Positions 37,198 to 45,872 of a stretch of 64,000 bases of DNA are shown piece by piece. The position numbers and the translations under genes are program-made. The notes under the pieces were generated by a model, which worked only from the letters and a program-made list of their open reading frames with translations, was not told the origin of the DNA and did no database searches. The stretch comes from an uncultured Chloroflexia bacterium (GTDB lineage Bacteria; Chloroflexota; Anaerolineae; Anaerolineales; Villigracilaceae), in contig CAWDEV010000003.1 of NCBI GenBank assembly GCA_963801385.1, forward strand, positions 338,687 to 402,686, read 5' to 3'. Each line of letters begins with the position of its first letter. Within the stretch, counting starts at the first letter, position 1.

Positions 37198-37521
37198 CTA
37201 TGCGGTTGTGGCAAACTTTGGAGGGGGAAGCCGGGGATTAAGCGAAGGCAGGATTTTGTGAATACGGTAATCTGCTGGTAGCCACTGAATACCTGCAAAT
37301 AATTCCGAAGAATCCGGATTGATGGAAAGTGAGTTTTCATCCTGATGGTTGCCGTGGTCACCGTCCAGACTAGATGTTTCAACTATGGGTTCCCAAATAA
37401 AATAGCCGATTTCATTTGCCAGGGAATGCGCCGAGAGTCCGCCCAAGCAGATGATCAGGATGACCAGTATTCCCCAAGGCAACACAAAGGATCGGCAAGA
37501 AGCGTTATTCATCCTGCACAT
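37198..37521 (-). CDS. Small single-TM acidic protein, paralog of 43215..43553
   Basis: It overlaps the arsR stop (translational coupling). It has a TM helix (WGILVILIICLGGL), an acidic middle and a C-terminal LNPRLPPPK. Confidence 0.45.
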   Translation of the reverse strand: MCRMNNASCRSFVLPWGILVILIICLGGLSAHSLANEIGYFIWEPIVETSSLDGDHGNHQDENSLSINPDSSELFAGIQWLPADYRIHKILPSLNPRLPPPKFATTA

Positions 37522-37825
37522 GCCTCACGCCTTGCTGGAAGAGGGCAATGATGTGTTCATCCTCCACTCGGTAATAGACTTCCTTGCCATCCCGCCGTGC
37601 TTTGACCAGGCCCACCTGGCGCAGGCTCCGCATGTGGTGGGATACCGCTGATTCACTGATGCCGACCACCTCAGCCAGGGCGCCGACGTTCAATTCCTGC
37701 GTGGAGAGGGCAAAAAGGATGTGCACGCGGCTGGTATCGCTGAAGGCACGAAAGAGTTCCGCCACATGGGCGGCGGTATATTCATCAAGAAGAGGAAAGG
37801 CATGTTGCTTAGACATAATGAACAT
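37505..37825 (-). CDS. ArsR/SmtB-family metalloregulator
   Basis: FRAFSDTSRVHILFAL...LNVGALAEVVGISESAVSHHMRSLRQVGLV is an ArsR wHTH. The start may be the second Met at 37816. Confidence 0.85.
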   Translation of the reverse strand: MFIMSKQHAFPLLDEYTAAHVAELFRAFSDTSRVHILFALSTQELNVGALAEVVGISESAVSHHMRSLRQVGLVKARRDGKEVYYRVEDEHIIALFQQGVRHVQDE

Positions 37826-37843
37826 ATGAACATATGCTCATAT
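37824..37843. promoter_or_regulatory. Candidate ArsR/SmtB operator, 18/20 palindrome ATATGAACATATGCTCATAT
   Basis: An imperfect inverted repeat of the TGAAC-N-GTTCA/GCTCA type abutting the arsR start codon. Confidence 0.4.
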
Positions 37844-38672
37844 GTATAGTATATTGGCAAATTGATTTGGTGTCAAGCTGAAAGAAATTACAAGTCCGTA
37901 ATGCACGCGGCTGGTGAATTTTAGAAACTGGTGAAACAAAGCATCTATCCTGGGTTGTTTAGAAATCAGTCCACGCTCCCGGCCAAGATTTGCGGCCCCG
38001 GACCGTGAGAGCACGCATCCTTTCGACAAGCTTAGAACAAGAATTCATTCTGCCAAGCGTACCACTTAACCATTGCCAATCTGCAGTTGTGCCTGAGCAT
38101 ACTTGTTCAAGAACCGCTCGAGATTGTAGTATTCCAGAAGAAGTCGACAGGAGTATCCCTGTATTAAGGAAAAATGCTTTATGTGAGTGACACAGCAATT
38201 AGAAAGTTCGCTTATAAATCGCCAACGCACTATTCCAAAGGAAGCAATGTCGCACACTCGCTGGCGAGAAAAACAATGACCAGGAATATTGCCGCCAGTC
38301 GCAGCCAGATTTTCCGCCCGGCTTTTCGGCGGCTATCATTCCCGCTGTTTTTTTTGCTTTTAGCCTTTGCAGATACTAAAGCATTTGTGTTTTTTAGTTT
38401 CATAACGAATCCTTTTTCTGATACCGGCGCAATATTTTTTCAAGAAGCTACTTGAGCAGGAATTCTACATCCTCGAATGATGTGTCGCGCTCTTACTTTA
38501 ATTTGTTCTGCCAAGCGCATCTGACGAGGTAAGATGCGGGGCAGTCTCTCATGCCTTGCGCCCGGACTTTATAAAACTGGAGGGTAAGTGTCATCCTTGT
38601 CTTAACCACTTTAACTATATCTTTAGTTAGTTCGGGTACTCGTACGCCGGCATGGGTCTGGCCCGAGAAAGT

Positions 38673-38810
38673 TTATCTCTGTTGGCATAAAAAACGTTCC
38701 CAGCCTCTAAGTTGCCGAAATATGCGTTGTAATCCTGCCTTAACAAAAAGAACCCAATATGCACAAAACAGAAAAACATCCATCAGGGCTATGAGAATCC
38801 AAAATTTCAT
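38673..38810 (-). CDS. 45-aa single-TM peptide downstream of the second P-type ATPase (below ORF-track cutoff)
   Basis: Hand translation gives MKFWILIALMDVFLFCAYWVLFVKAGLQRIFRQLRGWERFLCQQR. A strong SD (GAGGAGGTAAGC) precedes the ATG, 76 nt after the ATPase stop. Confidence 0.45.
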   Translation of the reverse strand: MKFWILIALMDVFLFCAYWVLFVKAGLQRIFRQLRGWERFLCQQR

Positions 38811-38886
38811 GCTTACCTCCTCAACTTATCGATATCAATGAAGGAAATGCTGGAATTTCAACTACCAGTCTCACACAAGTAATTGT

Positions 38887-41559
38887 TTATTCCAGCGTTC
38901 CAAACCAGCCCTTTCGCTCCATCCACTTGACCAACTCCAGCACGGGCATGATGGTCACTGCCAGCCCCAGAATGATCAGCCAATCCATGAGTGGCAGATA
39001 GTAGGTGCCAAAGGCATCGTGGAGGAAAGGCACATAGATGATTACAACCAACAGCGCGACTTCCCAAAGTATCGCCATATTCAGCCACTTGTTCGCAAAG
39101 GGCTTCTGAAAAACCGAATGCCGATCCGAGCGGAAGTTGTACGCCTTGAAGAACTGGATCAGCACCAGCGAAACGAAGGTCATCGTCATCGCCTCCTCGA
39201 TACTGCGCCCGGAATTCCTCGCCCAGATGAACAGTCCCAGGTTGATAAGCGTTGACCATATCCCGCCCGCCAGCATCAGCGAGATGACCGGTCGGGTGAA
39301 AATGCCCGTGCGTGGATTGCGCGGATTGCGCTTCATCAGATCTTTCTCAGCCGGGTCAACTGCGAGCGCCAAAGCCGGCAAACCATCGGTGGCCAGGTTT
39401 ACATAGAGGATTTGCACAGCCGTCAACGGCAGGGGCAAACCCAGCAGGGCGGAACCTGCCATCAGGCCGATTTCACCGATGTTTGAGGAGAGCAGGTACA
39501 TCAGGTATTTCTTGATGTTGCCAAATACCCCGCGTCCTTCCTCCACTGCCGCCACGATCGAGGCAAAGTTATCATCAGTCAGGGTCATGTCAGCGGCTTC
39601 TTTGGTAACATCCGTGCCGGTGATACCCATGGCAACCCCAATGTCGGCTTTTTTGAGTGCCGGGGCATCGTTCACTCCATCACCGGTCATTGCTACGATG
39701 TGACCATTGGCTTGCAGTGCCGTCACCACACGCAGTTTATGCGCCGGAGAAACGCGGGCATAGACGTCAATCGTCTCCACCTCGCGCTCGAATTGCTTGT
39801 CACTCATCATCTCCAATTCCGCACCGGTTACCACGCGTCCGGTTTTCAACAACCCCAGTTCACGCGCCACCGCCTGTGCTGTGACAGGATGATCGCCAGT
39901 GATCATAACCGGGCGAATTCCCGCCTGCTCACAAATTGCTATTGCGCTTTTGGCTTCAGGGCGTGGTGGGTCAATCATACCAACCAGGCCGAGAAAGGTC
40001 ATTCCGGTTTGAGCATCTTCGAGGGTTGCATTGGGTTTGGATGCTATTGCCAACACCCGCAGCGCCTCGCCGGCCATCTCCCGCGCCACTGCCAGCATGT
40101 TTTCCTTCCCGGTGTCGTCAAACAGTACACTCCCGTTAGCGGTCATCAGCCAGCGACAGTCGTTCAGGATAACCTCCGGTGCGCCTTTGGCAAATGCTTT
40201 TAGCTTTCCATTCATCCGGTGCAGAGTGGTCATACGTTTGGTTTCGGATGTAAATGGAATCTCGTGAAGACGCGGGAATTTTGCGTCAAGTTCGGGTTTC
40301 TGTAATCCGGCTTTGGCGGCTGCGACTACCAGGGATCCCTCGGTCGGATCGCCTTTGATGTTCCAGGTATCACCTTCTTGTACCAGCTTAACGTCCGATG
40401 CCAGTACCGCTGCGGTCAGCAATGCATTTAGCTCCGGGGTTGGTTGGTTACTACTGCCGTTGCGGGAGAAAACACCGCTGGGTTCGTACCCTGCGCCCGA
40501 AACATTGAACATTTCGCCGGCAGTGTAGATCTTGCGCACGGTCATCTCATCTTTGGTGAGTGTACCGGTTTTGTCCGAGCAGATAACGGAAGTACTGCCC
40601 AGCGTCTCCACCGCCGGCAGGCGGCGGATGAGGGCGTTGCGCTTGACCATCTTTTGCACACCTATCGCCAGCGAAATGGTGACAACGGCAGGCAGGGCTT
40701 CGGGTACAACCGCCACGGCCAGCGCAATGCCAAAGATGAGCATCTCGATAAAAGGCTGCCCACGCAACAACCCCAGGGCGACGATGATGGCAACCACCAC
40801 GAAAGCGGCGCGCGCCAGCGCCGTGCCCACCTTATCCAGGTTATGCTGAAGCGGTGTCTTGCCGCTTTCAACGGTTTGCAGGAGTTGGGCGATCTTGCCA
40901 AACTCGGTCTGCATGCCGGTGGCCACCACCAGTGCCTTGCCCCGGCCGTATGTTGCAGCTGTGCCGGCATAGACCATGTTTTTGCGGTCACCAACCGGCA
41001 AGTCGTTTCCAGAAAGCGGCTGGATGTGCTTTTCCACTGGAACGGATTCACCGGTAAGAGCAGCTTCCTCCACTTGCAGGTTGATTGCCTCAAGCAAGCG
41101 GGCATCGGCGGGCATTCGGTCGCCAGTATGCAGCAGGATCACATCCCCTGGGACCAGTTCGCGCGCCGGGATTTTGATTTCATTTCCATCCCGCAAAACA
41201 GACGCCGTGGGTGCGGCCATCTTTCGCAGCGCTTCAATAGCACGTTCGGCACGGTATTCCTGGATGAAACCCAAGAGAACGGCAAACAAGACAATCACTG
41301 CAATGACAATCGACTCCACGCCGTGTCCGAGAAAGAGCGAAATGGCAGTAGCCCCAAGCAGGATCAGAATGAGAATATTCTTGAACTGCTCCAGTAGGAT
41401 CTCCCAAGCCGAAACGCGTTTGGCTGCTTGAATCTCATTTGGGCCCGTTTCCACGAGGCGTTTGGAGGCTTCTGCAATGGTCAGCCCCTTGGTACTGCTG
41501 CTCAAACGCTCGAAAGCTGTATCTTGGTTCAGGATATGCCAGGCCTTGTTGTTATCCAT
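38887..41559 (-). CDS. P2A-type (SERCA/PMCA-like, Ca2+-type) P-type ATPase
   Basis: 890 aa with TGES, PEALPAV, CSDKTGTLT, MITGDHP and [12 protein letters not shown]. Confidence 0.9.
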   Translation of the reverse strand: MDNNKAWHILNQDTAFERLSSSTKGLTIAEASKRLVETGPNEIQAAKRVSAWEILLEQFKNILILILLGATAISLFLGHGVESIVIAVIVLFAVLLGFIQEYRAERAIEALRKMAAPTASVLRDGNEIKIPARELVPGDVILLHTGDRMPADARLLEAINLQVEEAALTGESVPVEKHIQPLSGNDLPVGDRKNMVYAGTAATYGRGKALVVATGMQTEFGKIAQLLQTVESGKTPLQHNLDKVGTALARAAFVVVAIIVALGLLRGQPFIEMLIFGIALAVAVVPEALPAVVTISLAIGVQKMVKRNALIRRLPAVETLGSTSVICSDKTGTLTKDEMTVRKIYTAGEMFNVSGAGYEPSGVFSRNGSSNQPTPELNALLTAAVLASDVKLVQEGDTWNIKGDPTEGSLVVAAAKAGLQKPELDAKFPRLHEIPFTSETKRMTTLHRMNGKLKAFAKGAPEVILNDCRWLMTANGSVLFDDTGKENMLAVAREMAGEALRVLAIASKPNATLEDAQTGMTFLGLVGMIDPPRPEAKSAIAICEQAGIRPVMITGDHPVTAQAVARELGLLKTGRVVTGAELEMMSDKQFEREVETIDVYARVSPAHKLRVVTALQANGHIVAMTGDGVNDAPALKKADIGVAMGITGTDVTKEAADMTLTDDNFASIVAAVEEGRGVFGNIKKYLMYLLSSNIGEIGLMAGSALLGLPLPLTAVQILYVNLATDGLPALALAVDPAEKDLMKRNPRNPRTGIFTRPVISLMLAGGIWSTLINLGLFIWARNSGRSIEEAMTMTFVSLVLIQFFKAYNFRSDRHSVFQKPFANKWLNMAILWEVALLVVIIYVPFLHDAFGTYYLPLMDWLIILGLAVTIMPVLELVKWMERKGWFGTLE

Positions 41560-41575
41560 AATATTGGTTGCTCCT

Positions 41576-41812
41576 TTATTTTTTCATATCATCCGCCTTC
41601 GGCTTGGCGGATTTGAAGATGTAGATATTAAAAAGATAGATTACTCCCGCCAGAACGGGAAGCATGATCACACCGATGAACTCTGTTAGAAACGCTGTAA
41701 CTTCCTCGAACCAGATTGCCAGGCTGGTTCCCCCTGCACCTGCAACTGTGACAGGCGGGATCCATCGTTTCCAGTGATGGCGGCGGGAACCGGAAGAAGG
41801 GTTTTGATTCAT
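41576..41812 (-). CDS. Small two-TM membrane protein upstream of the ATPase
   Basis: 78-aa ORF ending 17 nt before the ATPase start, with hydrophobic helices. Confidence 0.4.
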   Translation of the reverse strand: MNQNPSSGSRRHHWKRWIPPVTVAGAGGTSLAIWFEEVTAFLTEFIGVIMLPVLAGVIYLFNIYIFKSAKPKADDMKK

Positions 41813-41851
41813 AACTAGCTCCTTTCTGCGATATCCATAAGTCGGGAAAAA

Positions 41852-42508
41852 CTAATCGATATTGCGATCTTTTGCCAAGGCCAGCGTTCGTGCTCTATGG
41901 GTCAGCAAAAGATATGCGGCCAATGTTAGAAATCCGGTCACAATCAGGTATGGGAACGACCGTTCAACATAATCACTGATCAATGGCCACTCGTATCCAA
42001 GGAGATATCCTGCACCGATCAAGAGCGTGCACCAGATGTATGCACCGGTAAATGTGGCGGCCACGAACTTTGGGAAATTCATGCGCGCCAGCCCGGCAGG
42101 GATACTGATCAGGGTGCGAATTCCGGGGATTACCCGCCCGCCCAACACCAGCCCCGCTCCCCAGCGTTGGAACTGTTGTTCGGCCCGAGCAATATGTGCC
42201 GGGCGGATCCTCACCCAATGGGAAATTTGTTCCACCAACGGGCGGCCGCCCAGACGCGCCACCCAGTATGTAATGGATGCGCCCAGCACGCTGCCAATGG
42301 CAGAATACAACCCGCCGATGAAGATCATCGAGACGGGCAGTTGATGTTCAGCAATAAGCATCCAGCCAGCCAATCCCAAAATGATTTCGCTGGGCGTGAT
42401 GCCGGTGGCGTTTTCAAAGGTTAACAGGGCTGCCACCCCAAGCCAGCCCCAGGCATCATAGATGGTTTGGGCGGTTGAGAGTATGATAGTTTCAAGTCGG
42501 GTAATCAA
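41852..42508 (-). CDS. DedA-family (SNARE-associated) membrane protein
   Basis: FENATGITPSEIIL ... YWVARLGGRPLV ... GRVIPGIRTLISIPAG are DedA signatures. It appears to use a TTG start. Confidence 0.8.
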   Translation of the reverse strand: MITRLETIILSTAQTIYDAWGWLGVAALLTFENATGITPSEIILGLAGWMLIAEHQLPVSMIFIGGLYSAIGSVLGASITYWVARLGGRPLVEQISHWVRIRPAHIARAEQQFQRWGAGLVLGGRVIPGIRTLISIPAGLARMNFPKFVAATFTGAYIWCTLLIGAGYLLGYEWPLISDYVERSFPYLIVTGFLTLAAYLLLTHRARTLALAKDRNID

Positions 42509-42544
42509 TTTATTTTCCTTTAGCAGATTTGATAACCGGCACGA

Positions 42545-43039
42545 TCATTTCCTGGTGATTTTTTTCGTCCTCTTGAGAGATTCGTCGCCAATCACATAAT
42601 CATCATTGTCGAGTATCAATACTTTTCGACGATTGGCGCTGCTTCCCATCACACGGCTGTGTGGATAGGAGTACCGGTCAATCTCCAGGCCATTTGCATC
42701 AAACAAAATTGCAGTATCACTGTGGTTATTCCAAACTTGATGCGTTGACCACAACAAATCTGCCTGAATGGCCTGGTTGTGTTGTGTTTTTTGGGGTTCC
42801 TCCTGACCGCTGTGAATAACGATGATCCAGGCTGGTCGGAGGATTAAATCATCCGGGAACAGGTAGAATGCCTGTCCGCGCAGGCTGGCCAGCACCCAGC
42901 CTGTCATTGGCTGGCTGATCGTGCCCCGATTGACGATCGTGACAAATTCCTGCAGTCCATCATTTTGGATAGCTTCGATTTTCAATTTCGCGCCATCCAA
43001 TTGACCGGTTTGAACAACATATGAAGGACGTTTTGACAT
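42545..43039 (-). CDS. Lamin-tail-domain (LTD)-like protein
   Basis: It starts at MSKRPSY (GGAGAA upstream). EFVTIVNRGTISQPMTGWVL...WNNHSDTAILFDANGLEIDRYSY matches the LTD pattern. Confidence 0.55.
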   Translation of the reverse strand: MSKRPSYVVQTGQLDGAKLKIEAIQNDGLQEFVTIVNRGTISQPMTGWVLASLRGQAFYLFPDDLILRPAWIIVIHSGQEEPQKTQHNQAIQADLLWSTHQVWNNHSDTAILFDANGLEIDRYSYPHSRVMGSSANRRKVLILDNDDYVIGDESLKRTKKITRK

Positions 43040-43214
43040 GTTTTCTCCTTCTTCATTACTCGCACACAAACGGGCATCGACCGGCTTGATAAAGTCAGTT
43101 GATACAATATGCGCCCGGAAATACTGGAATGGATGAGCATTCATGTGCGGCAAAATATCACAACAACTTCATACCGTTGTGTATTGCCGGCACAGGGCGT
43201 CCTTTTAATTAGGA

Positions 43215-43553
43215 TTATTCGGGAGGAGGCGACTCAGGGGATAAGCATGAGGTTGGATTATCCAGATTCAATACCCTGGATTTTAAATACCCCAGACCAT
43301 CGATTGTGGCGCTAACCGTTGTACCGATCGAAATATCATCATCAAGATCAGCCTGATCAAATTGGCTGTAATTCTCGAAATCGATCTCATAAATACCCAT
43401 CATTGATAAGCCCACAATATAAAAAACAGGTGGAATGACCAGGCTGCCTAAACATAGACAGATGATCAGGATTGTCAAGGAGGTTGGAGAACTACGCTGT
43501 ATACTCATTTTTTGATACCATAACATCTTATAAAATGCAGCATGCTGCTGCAA
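43215..43553 (-). CDS. Small single-TM acidic protein, paralog of 37198..37521
   Basis: It has a TM helix (LTILIICLCLGSLVI), an acidic D/E-rich middle and a C-terminal LSPESPPPE. The start is uncertain. Confidence 0.4.
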   Translation of the reverse strand: MQQHAAFYKMLWYQKMSIQRSSPTSLTILIICLCLGSLVIPPVFYIVGLSMMGIYEIDFENYSQFDQADLDDDISIGTTVSATIDGLGYLKSRVLNLDNPTSCLSPESPPPE

Positions 43554-43557
43554 CTGA

Positions 43558-43980
43558 TTAGATTGAATTTACCTGTTCAACCGGGCCGAGTGAATCGCGC
43601 GTCTTGGTTTTGATCGTACCCAGATGAACGGTGACACCTGCTGCAACCAGTATCAGAAGTGCTTTTAGCCACCAAGTTGTCGCCGCCAGCCAGAAGGTTG
43701 CCCCAATTGTCAGCCACAAAAGTAGGATGGTCAATAATTTCTGCCTTAGTGGGATACCTCTGCCCTCCCGATAGTTTTGTATATAACCTCTGAACAGCGA
43801 ACGTCTCACCAGCCAATCATAAAAACGCACAGACCCGCGCCCATAACAAAAAGCAGCCAATAACAAAAACGGAGTGGTAGGCAGGACCGGTAAAAATACA
43901 CCCAGCACCCCTAATACTACACAAACTGTACCACCGAAGTTCCAAATTCTTTTACTTATTTGCCTCATCATGAGACTCAC
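43558..43980 (-). CDS. YbaN/DUF454-family inner-membrane protein
   Basis: GVFLPVLPTTPFLLLAAFCYGRGSVRFYDWL is the DUF454 signature. Confidence 0.75.
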   Translation of the reverse strand: MSLMMRQISKRIWNFGGTVCVVLGVLGVFLPVLPTTPFLLLAAFCYGRGSVRFYDWLVRRSLFRGYIQNYREGRGIPLRQKLLTILLLWLTIGATFWLAATTWWLKALLILVAAGVTVHLGTIKTKTRDSLGPVEQVNSI

Positions 43981-44004
43981 ATACTCCAGGTAAAAGGTCC
44001 TTGA

Positions 44005-44042
44005 ATAAACAAAAAGACCACCGCCTTGAAGGCGATGGTCTT
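44005..44042 (-). terminator. Minus-strand rho-independent terminator
   Basis: AAGACCATCGCC-TTCAA-GGCGGTGGTCTT is followed by TTTTGTTT on the minus strand. Confidence 0.55.
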
Positions 44043-44205
44043 GCGCTTTAGTTCAGACAGCCGGGAAATCTCTTTCCGTCTTGACGACTGTCCAACCCGA
44101 AAAACACGGGTGGCTACTCCCCATCGGAGTACTTGTATTATACATGAGAAAAACTTCAATGCATATGGGCTATTGGGGAAACGGGCTCATGGGAATTAGC
44201 GTGGT

Positions 44206-44244
44206 ACGGGGGTGTGGGCGGGCGAAGCCCGCCCACACCCCCGT
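44206..44244. repeat. Perfect 18-bp-stem GC-rich hairpin ACGGGGGTGTGGGCGGGC-GAA-GCCCGCCCACACCCCCGT
   Basis: I checked the reverse complement by hand. There is no flanking T run. Confidence 0.8.
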
Positions 44245-44692
44245 ATCTTCCCCTGTTTCTCGTAGATTCCCAAAGAGCCTTATACGATATTTTGAGAAGG
44301 GAGCAGAACTTTACATTTTAATGTCAGGTAATGAGTTAACTATTCCAAGAGGGTTAAAACAACAAATCGACTTAACCACATTCTGTCAGACCGGGGCTTT
44401 TGATTTGTTTTTTAGAGGTTGGCATTCACAACAAGAGCAGGATTTGGTGAAGAAGGTTCATAGTAAAAGCGTATCCGGCGGTCAATGCTTGGTACGCTTT
44501 TTACGGAAAATCGGAACGGAGATTCTTTACGTTATGAGCAGTTGTCCTCAAGCGGACTCGACCAGCTGTTTACTATTCATAAATTTCCAACTTGGGAGAA
44601 GCTTTATTGTTTTGAAATGATACACCCGGCATTAACGCCGGGTGTATTTCTTACGGATGAGCAGGATATTGAATTGTAGTGGTACGAGCAGA

Positions 44693-44764
44693 TGCCCCCA
44701 TGGAGATTCGAACTCCAGTTTTAGCCTTGAAAGGGCCACGTCCTAACCGCTAGACAATGGGGGC
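44693..44764 (-). tRNA. tRNA-Glu, anticodon TTC (no encoded CCA)
   Basis: Hand fold of the reverse complement. The acceptor is GCCCCCA/TGGGGGC and the D arm GTCT-AGCGGTTA-GGAC. The anticodon stem is TGGCC/GGCTA with loop CTTTCAA. The T arm is TGGAG-TTCGAAT-CTCCA. Confidence 0.85.
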
Positions 44765-44781
44765 GTTTTCAGAGCGGACGG

Positions 44782-44810
44782 ATTTTACCATCCCCCCTGA
44801 TGTTGGTCAA
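44782..44810 (-). promoter_or_regulatory. Sigma-70-type promoter for tRNA-Glu (TTGACC-17 nt-TAAAAT)
   Basis: It has the same hexamers and spacing as the tRNA-Arg promoter, with the -10 ending 17 nt before the tRNA 5' end. Confidence 0.5.
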
Positions 44811-44828
44811 GATAAATTGATCAGGATT

Positions 44829-45113
44829 TTACTCCGGGGAGGGACGCGTCCCGCTGCGTTTTTTCAGCGGCGGACGCGGCCGGCGCCTGGGAGTGGAGGT
44901 CTTGCCAGTCTCCGGGTTGAGGATGGTGACCAACCAGGAAATGGCGCGTGCGTCATACTCGCGCCGCCCACACATGTCACACACCCAGGCCGGAAAATTG
45001 GGAACAGTGACGAGTTCTTCATCCAGCCAGGTGAAATACGTGATGTGCCGTAAATGCATCATCCCGGCCTGGCATTCGCTGCATGGAAAGGATTCCATAT
45101 CGTCTTCAGTCAT
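44829..45113 (-). CDS. YgiT-type (MqsA-N-like) zinc-finger protein with a basic Pro/Arg tail
   Basis: CSECQAG ... [11 protein letters not shown] forms two CxxC pairs, matching the YgiT-type zinc-ribbon pattern. Confidence 0.6.
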   Translation of the reverse strand: MTEDDMESFPCSECQAGMMHLRHITYFTWLDEELVTVPNFPAWVCDMCGRREYDARAISWLVTILNPETGKTSTPRRRPRPPLKKRSGTRPSPE

Positions 45114-45865
45114 GCTGCTGCTCCCATGGCTTCATTCAGGATGGCGACGCCTGCACTCGCACCGATCCGGTTCGCTCCGGCCGCGATCATCGCCAATGCA
45201 TCCTTGAGGCTGCGTATGCCTCCGGCAGCCTTGACGCCGGTGCCGGGCCCAACCACGCGGCGCATCAGTTCCACATCCTCCACGGTTGCCCCGCCCGGGC
45301 CAAATCCGGTGGAGGTTTTTACAAAGTCTGCCCCGGCAGCCTGGGCGAGCAGGCAGGCCAGGATCTTCTCGCGGTGGGTCAGCAAGGCAGTCTCGATGAT
45401 GACCTTGACTTTCGCCCCGTGTTCGTGGGCTTCCTGCGTCACGAAAAGGATATCGTTAAGCAGCAAACCATAGGATTCGCTTTTAAGCGCGCCCAGGTTG
45501 ATGACCATGTCCACTTCAGCCGCTCCGTTCCCGATAACACGCTGCGCCTCGTGGGCTTTATCTTCCGGCAGAGTGGCGCCCAGCGGAAAGGCGATGACTG
45601 CACACACACCCACGCCTGAATCCTTGAGCAGGCCGCGTGCCAGCGGCACAAAGACCGGGTTCACGCAGACAGTGGCAAAATGATACTGCCGGGCCTCTTC
45701 GCACAGCTTTTTGACCTGTGGGGCGGTGGCTTCGGGTTTGAGCAGGGTATGGTCAATCCAGGCGCTGAGCTGCGCAGCGCGCGGTGCGGCCAACGCTGGC
45801 GGAGCAGCCGGCAGTTCGTGTTCGTAAGAGTCAACCATTGCGAGAATTTGCGTCAATGATTGCAT
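45110..45865 (-). CDS. deoC: Deoxyribose-phosphate aldolase
   Basis: TVCVNP, KVIIET and DFVKTSTGF (Schiff-base Lys) motifs. Confidence 0.9.
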   Translation of the reverse strand: MQSLTQILAMVDSYEHELPAAPPALAAPRAAQLSAWIDHTLLKPEATAPQVKKLCEEARQYHFATVCVNPVFVPLARGLLKDSGVGVCAVIAFPLGATLPEDKAHEAQRVIGNGAAEVDMVINLGALKSESYGLLLNDILFVTQEAHEHGAKVKVIIETALLTHREKILACLLAQAAGADFVKTSTGFGPGGATVEDVELMRRVVGPGTGVKAAGGIRSLKDALAMIAAGANRIGASAGVAILNEAMGAAA

Positions 45866-45872
45866 GGGAAAC

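Noticed and set aside
44081-44620. 179-aa plus-strand ORF between ybaN and tRNA-Glu
   Set aside because: It runs through the 18-bp perfect hairpin and AT-rich DNA. It has no motifs, odd composition and no RBS, so I treated it as non-coding (see the finding on this region).
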